Shown here: piece by piece, positions 57,052-64,000 of the stretch
Position numbering within the stretch: the first letter of the stretch is position 1
Layout: every line of letters begins with the position of its first letter
Assembly (NCBI GenBank): GCA_050261575.1
Contig: JBLNDL010000014.1
Location: 10,054 to 74,053, forward strand
DNA: 64,000 bases
Direction of reading: 5' to 3'
Source: Sphingomonadaceae bacterium
Lineage (GTDB): Bacteria > Chloroflexota > UBA6077
Program-made: the position numbers and the translations under genes
Notes under the pieces: model-generated
The model's database searches: none
What the model was told of the DNA's origin: nothing
The model's input: only the letters and a program-made list of their open reading frames with translations

Positions 57052-57525
57052 CTACTGGGTAGCCGGCGTGTACTTGGAGGCGCACTTGGCCAGGAGCGTG
57101 GAGGCCTGGAACTGGCCATCGACCCCCAGCTTGCCCTCGACGATCACGTCGGTCCCCTCCTGGAAGCTGTCGGGGACGACCCCCGTGTAGGTGATCGGCA
57201 GGGTTTCCTTGCCGTCGGTGAGACTGAAGGACACGGTGCTGGTCCCCTTCTCCCACTGCACGGAGCCCTCGACCACCCGTCCTCCCAGCTTGGTCTGCTG
57301 GCCGATGGCCTTCTCCCCCATCGCCTTGAGCTCGCCGGTGGTGACGAAGTACTCGGACCCGCTCTGGGTGGCCGCGTAGATCATGTAGGCTATGGCGGCC
57401 ACGATCACGAGCCCCGCCACCACGAACCGCAACTTGGTGCGGGGGCGACGGCGGCTCGAACCCCTGCTGGACGCTCTTGCCGTCGCGACTCGCGAGCCGG
57501 TCCTGACGGTGTCCTCTGTCAGCAT
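57052..57525 (-). CDS. ccmE: heme chaperone CcmE, Cys-type variant (LAKCASKY)
   Basis: N-terminal TM, OB-fold core, C-terminal LAKCASKY where the canonical protein has LAKHDENY (Cys replaces the heme-binding His). Confidence 0.75.
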   Translation of the reverse strand: MLTEDTVRTGSRVATARASSRGSSRRRPRTKLRFVVAGLVIVAAIAYMIYAATQSGSEYFVTTGELKAMGEKAIGQQTKLGGRVVEGSVQWEKGTSTVSFSLTDGKETLPITYTGVVPDSFQEGTDVIVEGKLGVDGQFQASTLLAKCASKYTPATQ

Positions 57526-57703
57526 CGACCTCTCTCCTCTCTTGGGTCAGACCGCTCGGCCTCTTACCCGATGCGCGCCGCCCCTGCGGCTGGCCGGCCC
57601 GACTCAGGAAGGCTCGGACGACGCTGCACCCGCTCGCGTCGCGCCTCTGGCACGCGGGCGGAGTGGACAGGGCCGGCTCCTCGTCGTCGGCGCGGGACAA
57701 CCG

Positions 57704-58108
57704 CTACCACGGAAGCCAGTAACGGTGGGTCGAAGACTCCACGATCAGTCTGCCCCGGTAGATGCCCATCTCCGAGGTAAACAGATACTCTCCCCGTGGG
57801 GGCTGCGGCAATTCGATGCAGGTGGTCCTATACGCCGGCAACCGTCTGTCGACCCCGAGTTCTGAGAAGATCACCCGGCTGGAGCACTCCTCGTTCTCCA
57901 GACGGGTAAACCTCAGCCTCAAGGGGATCCCCTCGCGCGCAATAGCCACGTCAGGGGTGTATCCCCCCAGCACCACTATCTCCATCTCCTGCACCCCATC
58001 CGGCCCCAGCCGCGCCTCCCGGCGGCGCCGGTCGTTGCGCCGAACGAGAAGGAGGGCCACAACCGCTGGAAGCCCGAAGAGGGTGGCCAGTACAGCGAAT
58101 TGGTCCAT
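57704..58108 (-). CDS. membrane-anchored cupredoxin-like domain protein (tentative)
   Basis: N-terminal TM then ~100-aa beta-rich domain (EIVVLGGYTPDVAIAREGIPLRLRF) resembling a cupredoxin_1-type fold; low confidence. Confidence 0.3.
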   Translation of the reverse strand: MDQFAVLATLFGLPAVVALLLVRRNDRRRREARLGPDGVQEMEIVVLGGYTPDVAIAREGIPLRLRFTRLENEECSSRVIFSELGVDRRLPAYRTTCIELPQPPRGEYLFTSEMGIYRGRLIVESSTHRYWLPW

Positions 58109-58251
58109 GACGACGCCTGCCTAGCGGTCCGCCGGCAGCGGACGGCAGCCAGCCGCCAACTGGGCGTTCTGTAGATGATACCGCGCGGGCCGAAGCTGGG
58201 GGCGGGAGAAATATTAGACTAGGATAAGAATTGCGATGGGCCATCGGCCAA

Positions 58252-58322
58252 ACCTGGTGTCTCCAGTTCTTGTCAACTTCCCCGGCGGGAAACGTGTACT
58301 CTATGCAGAGATACCCGCTTAG
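58252..58322 (+). mobile_element. MITE-like element, copy 4
   Basis: ACCTGGTGTCTCCAGTTCTTGTCAACTTCCCCGGCGGGAAACGTGTACTC...GAGATACCCGCTTAG; right TIR supplies the TAA stop of the histidine kinase gene. Confidence 0.5.
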
Positions 58323-59701
58323 ACTGCGGGCAGGCGGACGGTGAAAGTGGTTCCCTGTCCCGGGTCGCTGCTAGCCTCGATCTCGCCCCCGTGCTCCTCT
58401 GCGATCCAACGGGCGATGGCCAGTCCCAACCCGGTGCCCCCTTCGTCACGGGCCCTGGCCTTGTCCGCCCGATAGAAGCGCTGGAAGATGTGTGGCAGGT
58501 CCTCCGGCGCGATCCCCATGCCGGTATCCTTCACCCGGAGCACGGCCATCCCGTCCTCGCGCTGCAGGGACAGCGTGACGGTCCCGCCGCGAGGCGTGTA
58601 CTTGAAGGCGTTCTCCAGGAGTATCAGCAGCAACTGCTTGAGCCAGGTGGCGCTCGCGCGGACCGCCACTGGCTGGACCGAGTCCATCATCAGCGCCACG
58701 CCGTGCTCGTTGCCCTGCCGCGTGCGATAGGTGTCGGCCAGCAGTTCGTCCAGGTCGACTCTCTCCATGTCGATCTTGTGGCCTGCGTCGGCCTTGGCCA
58801 GCAGCAGCAGGTCGGAGGTTAGCCGGCTCATTCGCTCGACCTCCGCTGCCACGTCGTCCAGGGCCTCCGCCCGATCCTCTTTCGGTGCGTCCAGGGCTCG
58901 CTGCAGGAACTCGATGTTGCTTCGGATGGAGGTGAGAGGGGAGCGCAGCTCGTGGGAGGCATCGGATACGAACCGCCGCTGGGCGTCGTAGGCCGCGTCG
59001 AGGCTGGAGAGCATCTCGTTGAAGGTGATCGCCAGCCGCCCGACCTCGTCTCGCGACCTGCCCACCTTTAGCCTCCGCCCAAAGCCGCGGGACAGGGCGA
59101 TTGCTCGGGCGGTTTGGGTGATCTCCTCGATCGGTTTCAGCCCGTTGCGGGCGATCAGCCAGCCGACCGCCACCGCCACCAGTAGGCCGAAGGCGTTGCC
59201 GGCCAGCAACAGTGCCCTCACGCGGGCCAGGGCGGCATCCACATCCCGAAGGGAGCTGAGCACTAGGACGAACCCCCTGGGCTCTCCCGTGCCGCGGATG
59301 GGCGCGAGTAGGGCTCGGTATCTTTGCCCCTGCATTGCGGCGGTGTAGCTGGCCGGTGTTCCCCACCAAGCTGTGGCGAAGGCATCGTCGGGAATGGGGA
59401 AGGTCTCGCCAGCCAGGTTGGATGAGCTGGCGACGGGGCGGCCGTTGGGGTCCAGTATCTCCACCGACACGCCAGGGGATGCGAAGGGCTCGAGTGCTCC
59501 CTCCTGGACCGTGATGGGAGCGGAGGGGTCTGGGCTGCTCCTGAGGGATTGGCGCACCTGTTCGCTGAATGGGGCGAGCCAGCGGTCCGCCTGCAGCAGC
59601 AGTTCGCGCTCCAGGGTGAGGTAGACCAGGGGCGCGAAGATCAGGAACATGAGGGCCAGGAGGGCCGTGTACCAGAGAGCCAGACGGAGGCGGATGGACA
59701 C
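58319..59701 (-). CDS. sensor histidine kinase (HAMP-HisKA-HATPase_c, OmpR-partner type)
   Basis: Two TM helices, HAMP, H-box SHELRSPL, N/G1/G2 boxes. Confidence 0.85.
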   Translation of the reverse strand: MSIRLRLALWYTALLALMFLIFAPLVYLTLERELLLQADRWLAPFSEQVRQSLRSSPDPSAPITVQEGALEPFASPGVSVEILDPNGRPVASSSNLAGETFPIPDDAFATAWWGTPASYTAAMQGQRYRALLAPIRGTGEPRGFVLVLSSLRDVDAALARVRALLLAGNAFGLLVAVAVGWLIARNGLKPIEEITQTARAIALSRGFGRRLKVGRSRDEVGRLAITFNEMLSSLDAAYDAQRRFVSDASHELRSPLTSIRSNIEFLQRALDAPKEDRAEALDDVAAEVERMSRLTSDLLLLAKADAGHKIDMERVDLDELLADTYRTRQGNEHGVALMMDSVQPVAVRASATWLKQLLLILLENAFKYTPRGGTVTLSLQREDGMAVLRVKDTGMGIAPEDLPHIFQRFYRADKARARDEGGTGLGLAIARWIAEEHGGEIEASSDPGQGTTFTVRLPAV

Positions 59702-59705
59702 GCGG

Positions 59706-60401
59706 TCACTCCCTCAGAACGTATCCCGCTCCCCGAACGGTGTGGATCAGCCGCGGCTCGCCCTCCGCCTCCAGCTTGGTCCGGAGGTAGCGGATGTAGA
59801 CCTCGAGGACGTTGGACTCGCTCTCGAAGTCGTAACCCCACACCTTCTCGAGGATGACGTGCCGCGGTACCACCTCGCCCGGGCGACCCAAGAAGAACTC
59901 CAGCAGCCTGTACTCGGTGGTGGTCAGATCGATCCTCCGCTCGCCACGGCGCGCGGTCCTGGAGCGGGCGTCGAGGTGGAGGTCCTGGTAGATCAGCTCG
60001 GTGCGAGGCTGGGGCTCCCTGCGGCGCAGCAGCGCACGTACGCGCGCGAGCAACTCCTCGAAGGCGAACGGCTTGACCAGATAGTCGTCGGCTCCGGCGT
60101 CCAGGCCGGCGACCCGGCTGGCCACCTCGTCCTTGGCGGTAAGCATCAGTATGGGAACGTCGCTGGTCCGGCGAAAGAGCCGACACACCTCCATCCCGTC
60201 GATGCCGGGCATCATGATGTCCAGCACCACTAGGTCTGGCGCGGGGTCTCTGGCCCTCGTGAGGGCCTCGGCGCCGCTGTTGGCGACGTCCACCGCGTAC
60301 CCCTCGTAGGTGAGGCCGCGGCGGAGCGCGCCGGTGATCTTCCGGTCGTCGTCAACGACGAGTATGCGCGGGCTGGTCTGGGGGTGGCCATTCACTTCCA
60401 T
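59706..60401 (-). CDS. OmpR-family response regulator
   Basis: ILVVDDD...D receiver and winged-helix trans_reg_C ([24 protein letters not shown]). Confidence 0.85.
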   Translation of the reverse strand: MEVNGHPQTSPRILVVDDDRKITGALRRGLTYEGYAVDVANSGAEALTRARDPAPDLVVLDIMMPGIDGMEVCRLFRRTSDVPILMLTAKDEVASRVAGLDAGADDYLVKPFAFEELLARVRALLRRREPQPRTELIYQDLHLDARSRTARRGERRIDLTTTEYRLLEFFLGRPGEVVPRHVILEKVWGYDFESESNVLEVYIRYLRTKLEAEGEPRLIHTVRGAGYVLRE

Positions 60402-60487
60402 AGTGACTGATTATACCACCGGGCGGATGCCTCGAGGCGCTGGGACAGTAAGGCGCAGCCTCACCGCGGTCTCGTGGACGGCCACCT

Positions 60488-61570
60488 CTACTCGACACCG
60501 CTGGAGAAGAAGGCACCTCCATCCTGGTTGAACCCTGCGGCACGACTCGGGGACGACGCCATGGGGCTTCCGCAGGAGCCAGCCACGATGAGGGGTGCAT
60601 CGAGGAGTACCGACTGGGGGCTGTCGGGTCCCCTACCCTCCAGCCGCGATACCAAGAGCTCGGCGGCCACGCGCCCGAGATCCAATGAGGGGACTGAGAT
60701 CCTGGTCAACGGTGGATCGACCAAGTCGTTCCACGGGTCGCTTCCCATGCCCACGAGCGCAACGTCGTCCGGCACGCGTATGCCCTTCTCCCTCAGGAAA
60801 CGGACGACCTCGTACGACAACTGGGCATGGGCAACAACCAGGGCTGTCGGTCGGGGCGACCCAGATAGCAGGCGAGTCATCCCCAGCCGTACCTCGTGGG
60901 GCTCGGGCTGGATCTCACATATGAGTCTGTCCTGCAATGGGATCCCATGTGACAGGAGCGCCTGGGAGTACCCAGTCCGGCGGGCGGTGAACATGGCGCG
61001 CGGGCTCGCCCTTCCGACGAATCCGATGCGCCGGTGGCCGAGCGACAGCAGATGCTCCGTAGCCCTCTTCACGGCCAGCTCATCGTCGATGTCGACGCAA
61101 TCGACAGTCGCCGAAGCGGGATGGCAGTGAACCAATACGACCGGGAATTCGGTGAAACCTGCCATCTTGTTGACGAACATCTCGGAGCACCCGATCGCCA
61201 GCAGCCCGTCTACACGCAGATCCGTCAGGGTGCGGATGGCGTTCAACTCAAACGAAGACTGCAGGTGCGTGCAGGAGAGGATGGGCGAGTACCCATGCGC
61301 AACCAGCACCTCCTCGGCACCCGTCACCAAGACACCGACGGACGGGACACGAACGTGGGAAACAAGACACCCAACAGTGTTCGTTCGCTTCGTCTTCAAC
61401 CCGCGAGCAAGTCTGTTGGGGCGGTATCCGATCTGCTCCGCCACGGCCAGCACTCGCTCTCGAGTCTCCGGTTTTACGTGGCGAGTACCGTGTATGGCGT
61501 GGGAGACGGTACAGACCGAGAGTCCGGTGAGTTCGGCTACATCCTTAATGGTGGGCACTGGCTGCTTCAT
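60488..61570 (-). CDS. LacI-family transcriptional regulator
   Basis: N-terminal HTH TIKDVAELTGLSVCTVSHAI..., periplasmic-binding-fold C-domain. Confidence 0.8.
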   Translation of the reverse strand: MKQPVPTIKDVAELTGLSVCTVSHAIHGTRHVKPETRERVLAVAEQIGYRPNRLARGLKTKRTNTVGCLVSHVRVPSVGVLVTGAEEVLVAHGYSPILSCTHLQSSFELNAIRTLTDLRVDGLLAIGCSEMFVNKMAGFTEFPVVLVHCHPASATVDCVDIDDELAVKRATEHLLSLGHRRIGFVGRASPRAMFTARRTGYSQALLSHGIPLQDRLICEIQPEPHEVRLGMTRLLSGSPRPTALVVAHAQLSYEVVRFLREKGIRVPDDVALVGMGSDPWNDLVDPPLTRISVPSLDLGRVAAELLVSRLEGRGPDSPQSVLLDAPLIVAGSCGSPMASSPSRAAGFNQDGGAFFSSGVE

Positions 61571-61732
61571 CCAAAGGTCGAGTTCTCCATGGAGGGGCGC
61601 TGAGACCTAAGGCAGCACTGTCTCGGCGTCTATGATAGCAGATGATGAGCAGGCCAACGACCAAGGTATGGCCCACGTGGCGGGGTGGGAGGTGGGACAG
61701 GGCACACCGACGGAAGTGGGATCCCGCTACCG

Positions 61733-62725
61733 CTAGATCTTGAAGCTCTCCCGGGTGTTAGGCGCGAACAGTTCCTCGGGGTTCAGTCGGCGCGGTGTCA
61801 GCCCCTGGTCCCAGAGGTAATCCATCAGGGTCTGGAGCGTTCGCTGGTTGGGGCTGAGCCCATCCGGCCATGGATCTTCGCCCATGAGGTTGACCATCTC
61901 CTCCACGTCGGCGACCATCCACGGAAGCAGGTAGCGGAGTGACGTGGGATTGGCGATCGACTGGTAGCAGAGCCGTTTCGCCTGGATGAATGCCTTGAGA
62001 AGGCTGGGGGCCACCCACGGGTACTGCTGGTAGACACCCTTCCTGATGACGATCGTGTGCATGATCGGGAAGATTCCCGTTTGGCCGAAGTACTCCTTCT
62101 CCACCTTCCGACAGTCTCGGAACAACCGTCTTATCTCACCGCTTCTCGTGCGAAAGATGGAGGGGGTACGGGCTGCCAGCAGCGCAGCAATCTCACCGTC
62201 GAGGAGCATATCGTTCAGGGATCTACCGGGAGGAGCCTGCTCGATGTGAACCCCAGGAGGCGACTGAAGCGGGATCTTCTCTTTTCGATCGGGCTGTTCC
62301 TGTCCGCCGGTCACCCACTCGATTTGTTCGGGACCGACGCCGTATTGGTCTTTCAGGATGCCCCTTACCCATACCGCCGCGGTGATCTGGTACTCTGGTA
62401 CACCAACCCGTCTCCCAATGAGGTCCGCCGGCTGTTCGATGCCCGAATCCTGTCGAACGTAGAGCGACGAATGCCGGAACATCCGAGAGGGGAACACTGG
62501 GATAGCCACGAAGGGCGAGGCGTTTCGAGCGCACTCCATGGCATACATGGCAAGCGACATCTCGGAGACGTCGAACTCCTGGTGACGGATCATTCGCCAG
62601 AAGGTCTCTTCCGGCTCGAGGGGCAGGTAGTTCAAGTCGATGCCCTCCGGTGTCACCCGCCCGTCCAGCAGTGCCCGAGTGCGGTCGTAGTCACCACAGG
62701 CAAGGGTGATCCTGACTTTTGCCAT
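61733..62725 (-). CDS. SsuA/THI5-fold protein, 4,5-dihydroxyphthalate decarboxylase-like family
   Basis: MAKVRITLACGDYDRTRALLDGRVTPEGIDL N-terminus typical of this family; RBS GAGG 7 nt before ATG 62725. Confidence 0.45.
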   Translation of the reverse strand: MAKVRITLACGDYDRTRALLDGRVTPEGIDLNYLPLEPEETFWRMIRHQEFDVSEMSLAMYAMECARNASPFVAIPVFPSRMFRHSSLYVRQDSGIEQPADLIGRRVGVPEYQITAAVWVRGILKDQYGVGPEQIEWVTGGQEQPDRKEKIPLQSPPGVHIEQAPPGRSLNDMLLDGEIAALLAARTPSIFRTRSGEIRRLFRDCRKVEKEYFGQTGIFPIMHTIVIRKGVYQQYPWVAPSLLKAFIQAKRLCYQSIANPTSLRYLLPWMVADVEEMVNLMGEDPWPDGLSPNQRTLQTLMDYLWDQGLTPRRLNPEELFAPNTRESFKI

Positions 62726-62848
62726 GGTTTGCCTCATTCCTTGGTGATCTCAGGTGCCGATCGTCGCTGGGGTCTCTGGTTCCGTGGGGCGATGGCCGCT
62801 TGCCAGCGAGGACGAACGTATTCCTCGTCCTCACTGGCCCCGCAGCCT

Positions 62849-63550
62849 CTACCTGGAAGCGGGAAGAGACCGGAGATAATCCATCACCTCCGCCACCTTC
62901 ATGACGTCCGCATACTTCGCGTTCATGTCGAACAGGTTGATCTTGTGGGAAACCTCACCCCGGTCGAAGGTGCACTCCTCGATGACGCCAACCTTGAAAT
63001 TGTAGGAGAAGGCATCGATGACCGTCGCGCGCACACATCCGCTTGTCGTAGTGCCGCAGACCAAGACCGTGTCAACGTTGTGATATATGAGGTAGCTCAG
63101 CAATGGTGTCGCGAAGAAGAGAGAAGGTTTCTCTTTTGGGATGATGATGTCGTCCGGCCCGGGAGCGATTTCGGCCACTATCTGGTTGCCGTCGCCCTCT
63201 CCGGGCTCGCCAGTGCGGCGGTTCTTGGCCGCCCACTGACCGGCGAAGATCCGTTGCGCTCCACTCCTGGGTTTCCCTGTAGAGTAGAAGATCGGGACCT
63301 TCCGCTCCCTCGCGAGGGGTAGGACCTGCTGCAGCCCTCGCACCGCATCCCACCCTGCCTCGCCACAGGACATGTGGAACCGCTTGATCGATTCCAGGAT
63401 CGGTTCGGGCTTGTCCCCCACGAAGTTGTAGTTCACGTCGATTATGATAATCGCCGGCTTACGGCCGAGTCCACCACGTTGACCATAGCCAGCCGCCTCG
63501 TATACCAGCTTGTCCTTCTCAGTGAGGACGTCGTCCCAGACTCTTCCCAT
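62849..63550 (-). CDS. isochorismatase-family cysteine hydrolase
   Basis: AIIIIDVNYNF (Asp), K, and VLVCGTTTSGCVRAT (catalytic Cys) triad pattern. Confidence 0.75.
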   Translation of the reverse strand: MGRVWDDVLTEKDKLVYEAAGYGQRGGLGRKPAIIIIDVNYNFVGDKPEPILESIKRFHMSCGEAGWDAVRGLQQVLPLARERKVPIFYSTGKPRSGAQRIFAGQWAAKNRRTGEPGEGDGNQIVAEIAPGPDDIIIPKEKPSLFFATPLLSYLIYHNVDTVLVCGTTTSGCVRATVIDAFSYNFKVGVIEECTFDRGEVSHKINLFDMNAKYADVMKVAEVMDYLRSLPASR

Positions 63551-63773
63551 CGCTCATCCTCTCGACTGCGAAATCCTCGAGCAAGATCATCTTGTTGGGT
63601 TGGTGGCGACCCGTCCGCTGGAGAGGTCGAGATCGGAATCGGCGATCTCTGAGGTGGGCTACCCTCTCCGGCGACACGAGCCGCCGCCACGCAAGAACTC
63701 GGCTACCGACAGCGCTTAACGCAGCCCGTGCAGGGGCGGACCTATGTGGCCGCCCCTACGGGTACTGTCAGGA

Positions 63774-63843
63774 TCTAAGCAGGTCTCTCCAGATAGTACA
63801 CGCTTCTCGACAGAGAAGTAGACGTGAACTAGAAGCCTGCTCA
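63774..63843 (-). mobile_element. MITE-like element, copy 5 (inverted orientation)
   Basis: CTAAGCAGGTCTCTCCAG...CTAGAAGCCTGCTCAG; reverse complement aligns with copies 1-4; abuts the stop of the following gene. Confidence 0.5.
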
Positions 63844-63847
63844 GGCT

Positions 63848-64000
63848 ACTGGGAATTGGCCATCATCGGCTTGATTATGGCCTCGGTTTCGTTCCAGTAG
63901 GCGCCGTACGCTGCAGCATCCATGTACTTGAGGGGCAGAGAGGCTTCCTTGATCTTCTTCTTGTGCTCCTCGTTGTTGATCGCCTTCTTGAATGCGGCAT
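63848..64000 (-). CDS. TctC/Bug-family tripartite tricarboxylate transporter substrate-binding protein, C-terminal fragment (5' end outside window)
   Basis: Minus-strand translation ...AAFKKAINNEEHKKKIKEASLPLKYMDAAAYGAYWNETEAIIKPMMANSQ* matches the TctC C-terminal consensus. Confidence 0.4.

Overview
This is a high-GC (~67%) bacterial chromosomal segment with dense coding on both strands and no rRNA, tRNA or CRISPR that I can support. Reading left to right, it contains the following. (1) A sulfur-carrier-type cysteine/homocysteine module: the C-terminus of a homocysteine S-methyltransferase, a MoeZ/ThiF E1-like enzyme, an Rrf2 regulator, a JAMM/MPN+ (Mec+-like) protease and a CysM/CysK-type PLP enzyme. 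It is followed by tRNA-thiolation genes (mnmA, a larE-like PP-loop sulfurtransferase). (2) Housekeeping genes: a HAD hydrolase, an SDR, an M20 peptidase and an EamA transporter. (3) A NarL-type two-component system whose sensor kinase carries a periplasmic CXXCH heme-c motif. It sits directly upstream of a complete dissimilatory sulfite reductase locus, dsrAB-dsrD-dsrT-dsrMKJOP-dsrC-ferredoxin. A second DsrMK/HdrDE-like pair is encoded convergently. (4) coaX-coaBC-panC-folE-folK, an HpcH-family aldolase, mnmE and a PRC-barrel protein. (5) A metal-homeostasis block: a P-type ATPase, a divergent Fur-family regulator with an upstream inverted repeat, a CbiM-like ECF S-component and an apparent EcfT-EcfA fusion. 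(6) Two paralogous methyl-accepting chemotaxis proteins, a CaiB-family CoA-transferase and a four-subunit 2-oxoacid:ferredoxin oxidoreductase. (7) A System-I cytochrome c maturation operon, ccmE-F-H-(2 unknown)-A-B-C-D. Its CcmE has a Cys where the heme-binding His normally sits. (8) An OmpR-type two-component system, a LacI regulator, an SsuA/THI5-fold decarboxylase-like protein, an isochorismatase and a TctC fragment. Two non-coding repeat families stand out. One is a dispersed intergenic hairpin family (7 copies) with a conserved loop, CGAGCGAGCGCAG, and co-varying stems. The other is a ~72-bp MITE-like element (5 copies) with ~18-bp terminal inverted repeats (CTAAGCAGGTATCTCTAG / CTGGAGATACCTGCTTAG). 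Three copies supply or overlap the stop codon of the neighbouring gene. Two copies plus a third bracket one of the chemotaxis receptor genes. Many long Arg/Gly/Pro-rich ORFs in the six-frame track are opposite-strand or off-frame artefacts of the high GC content and were not called.
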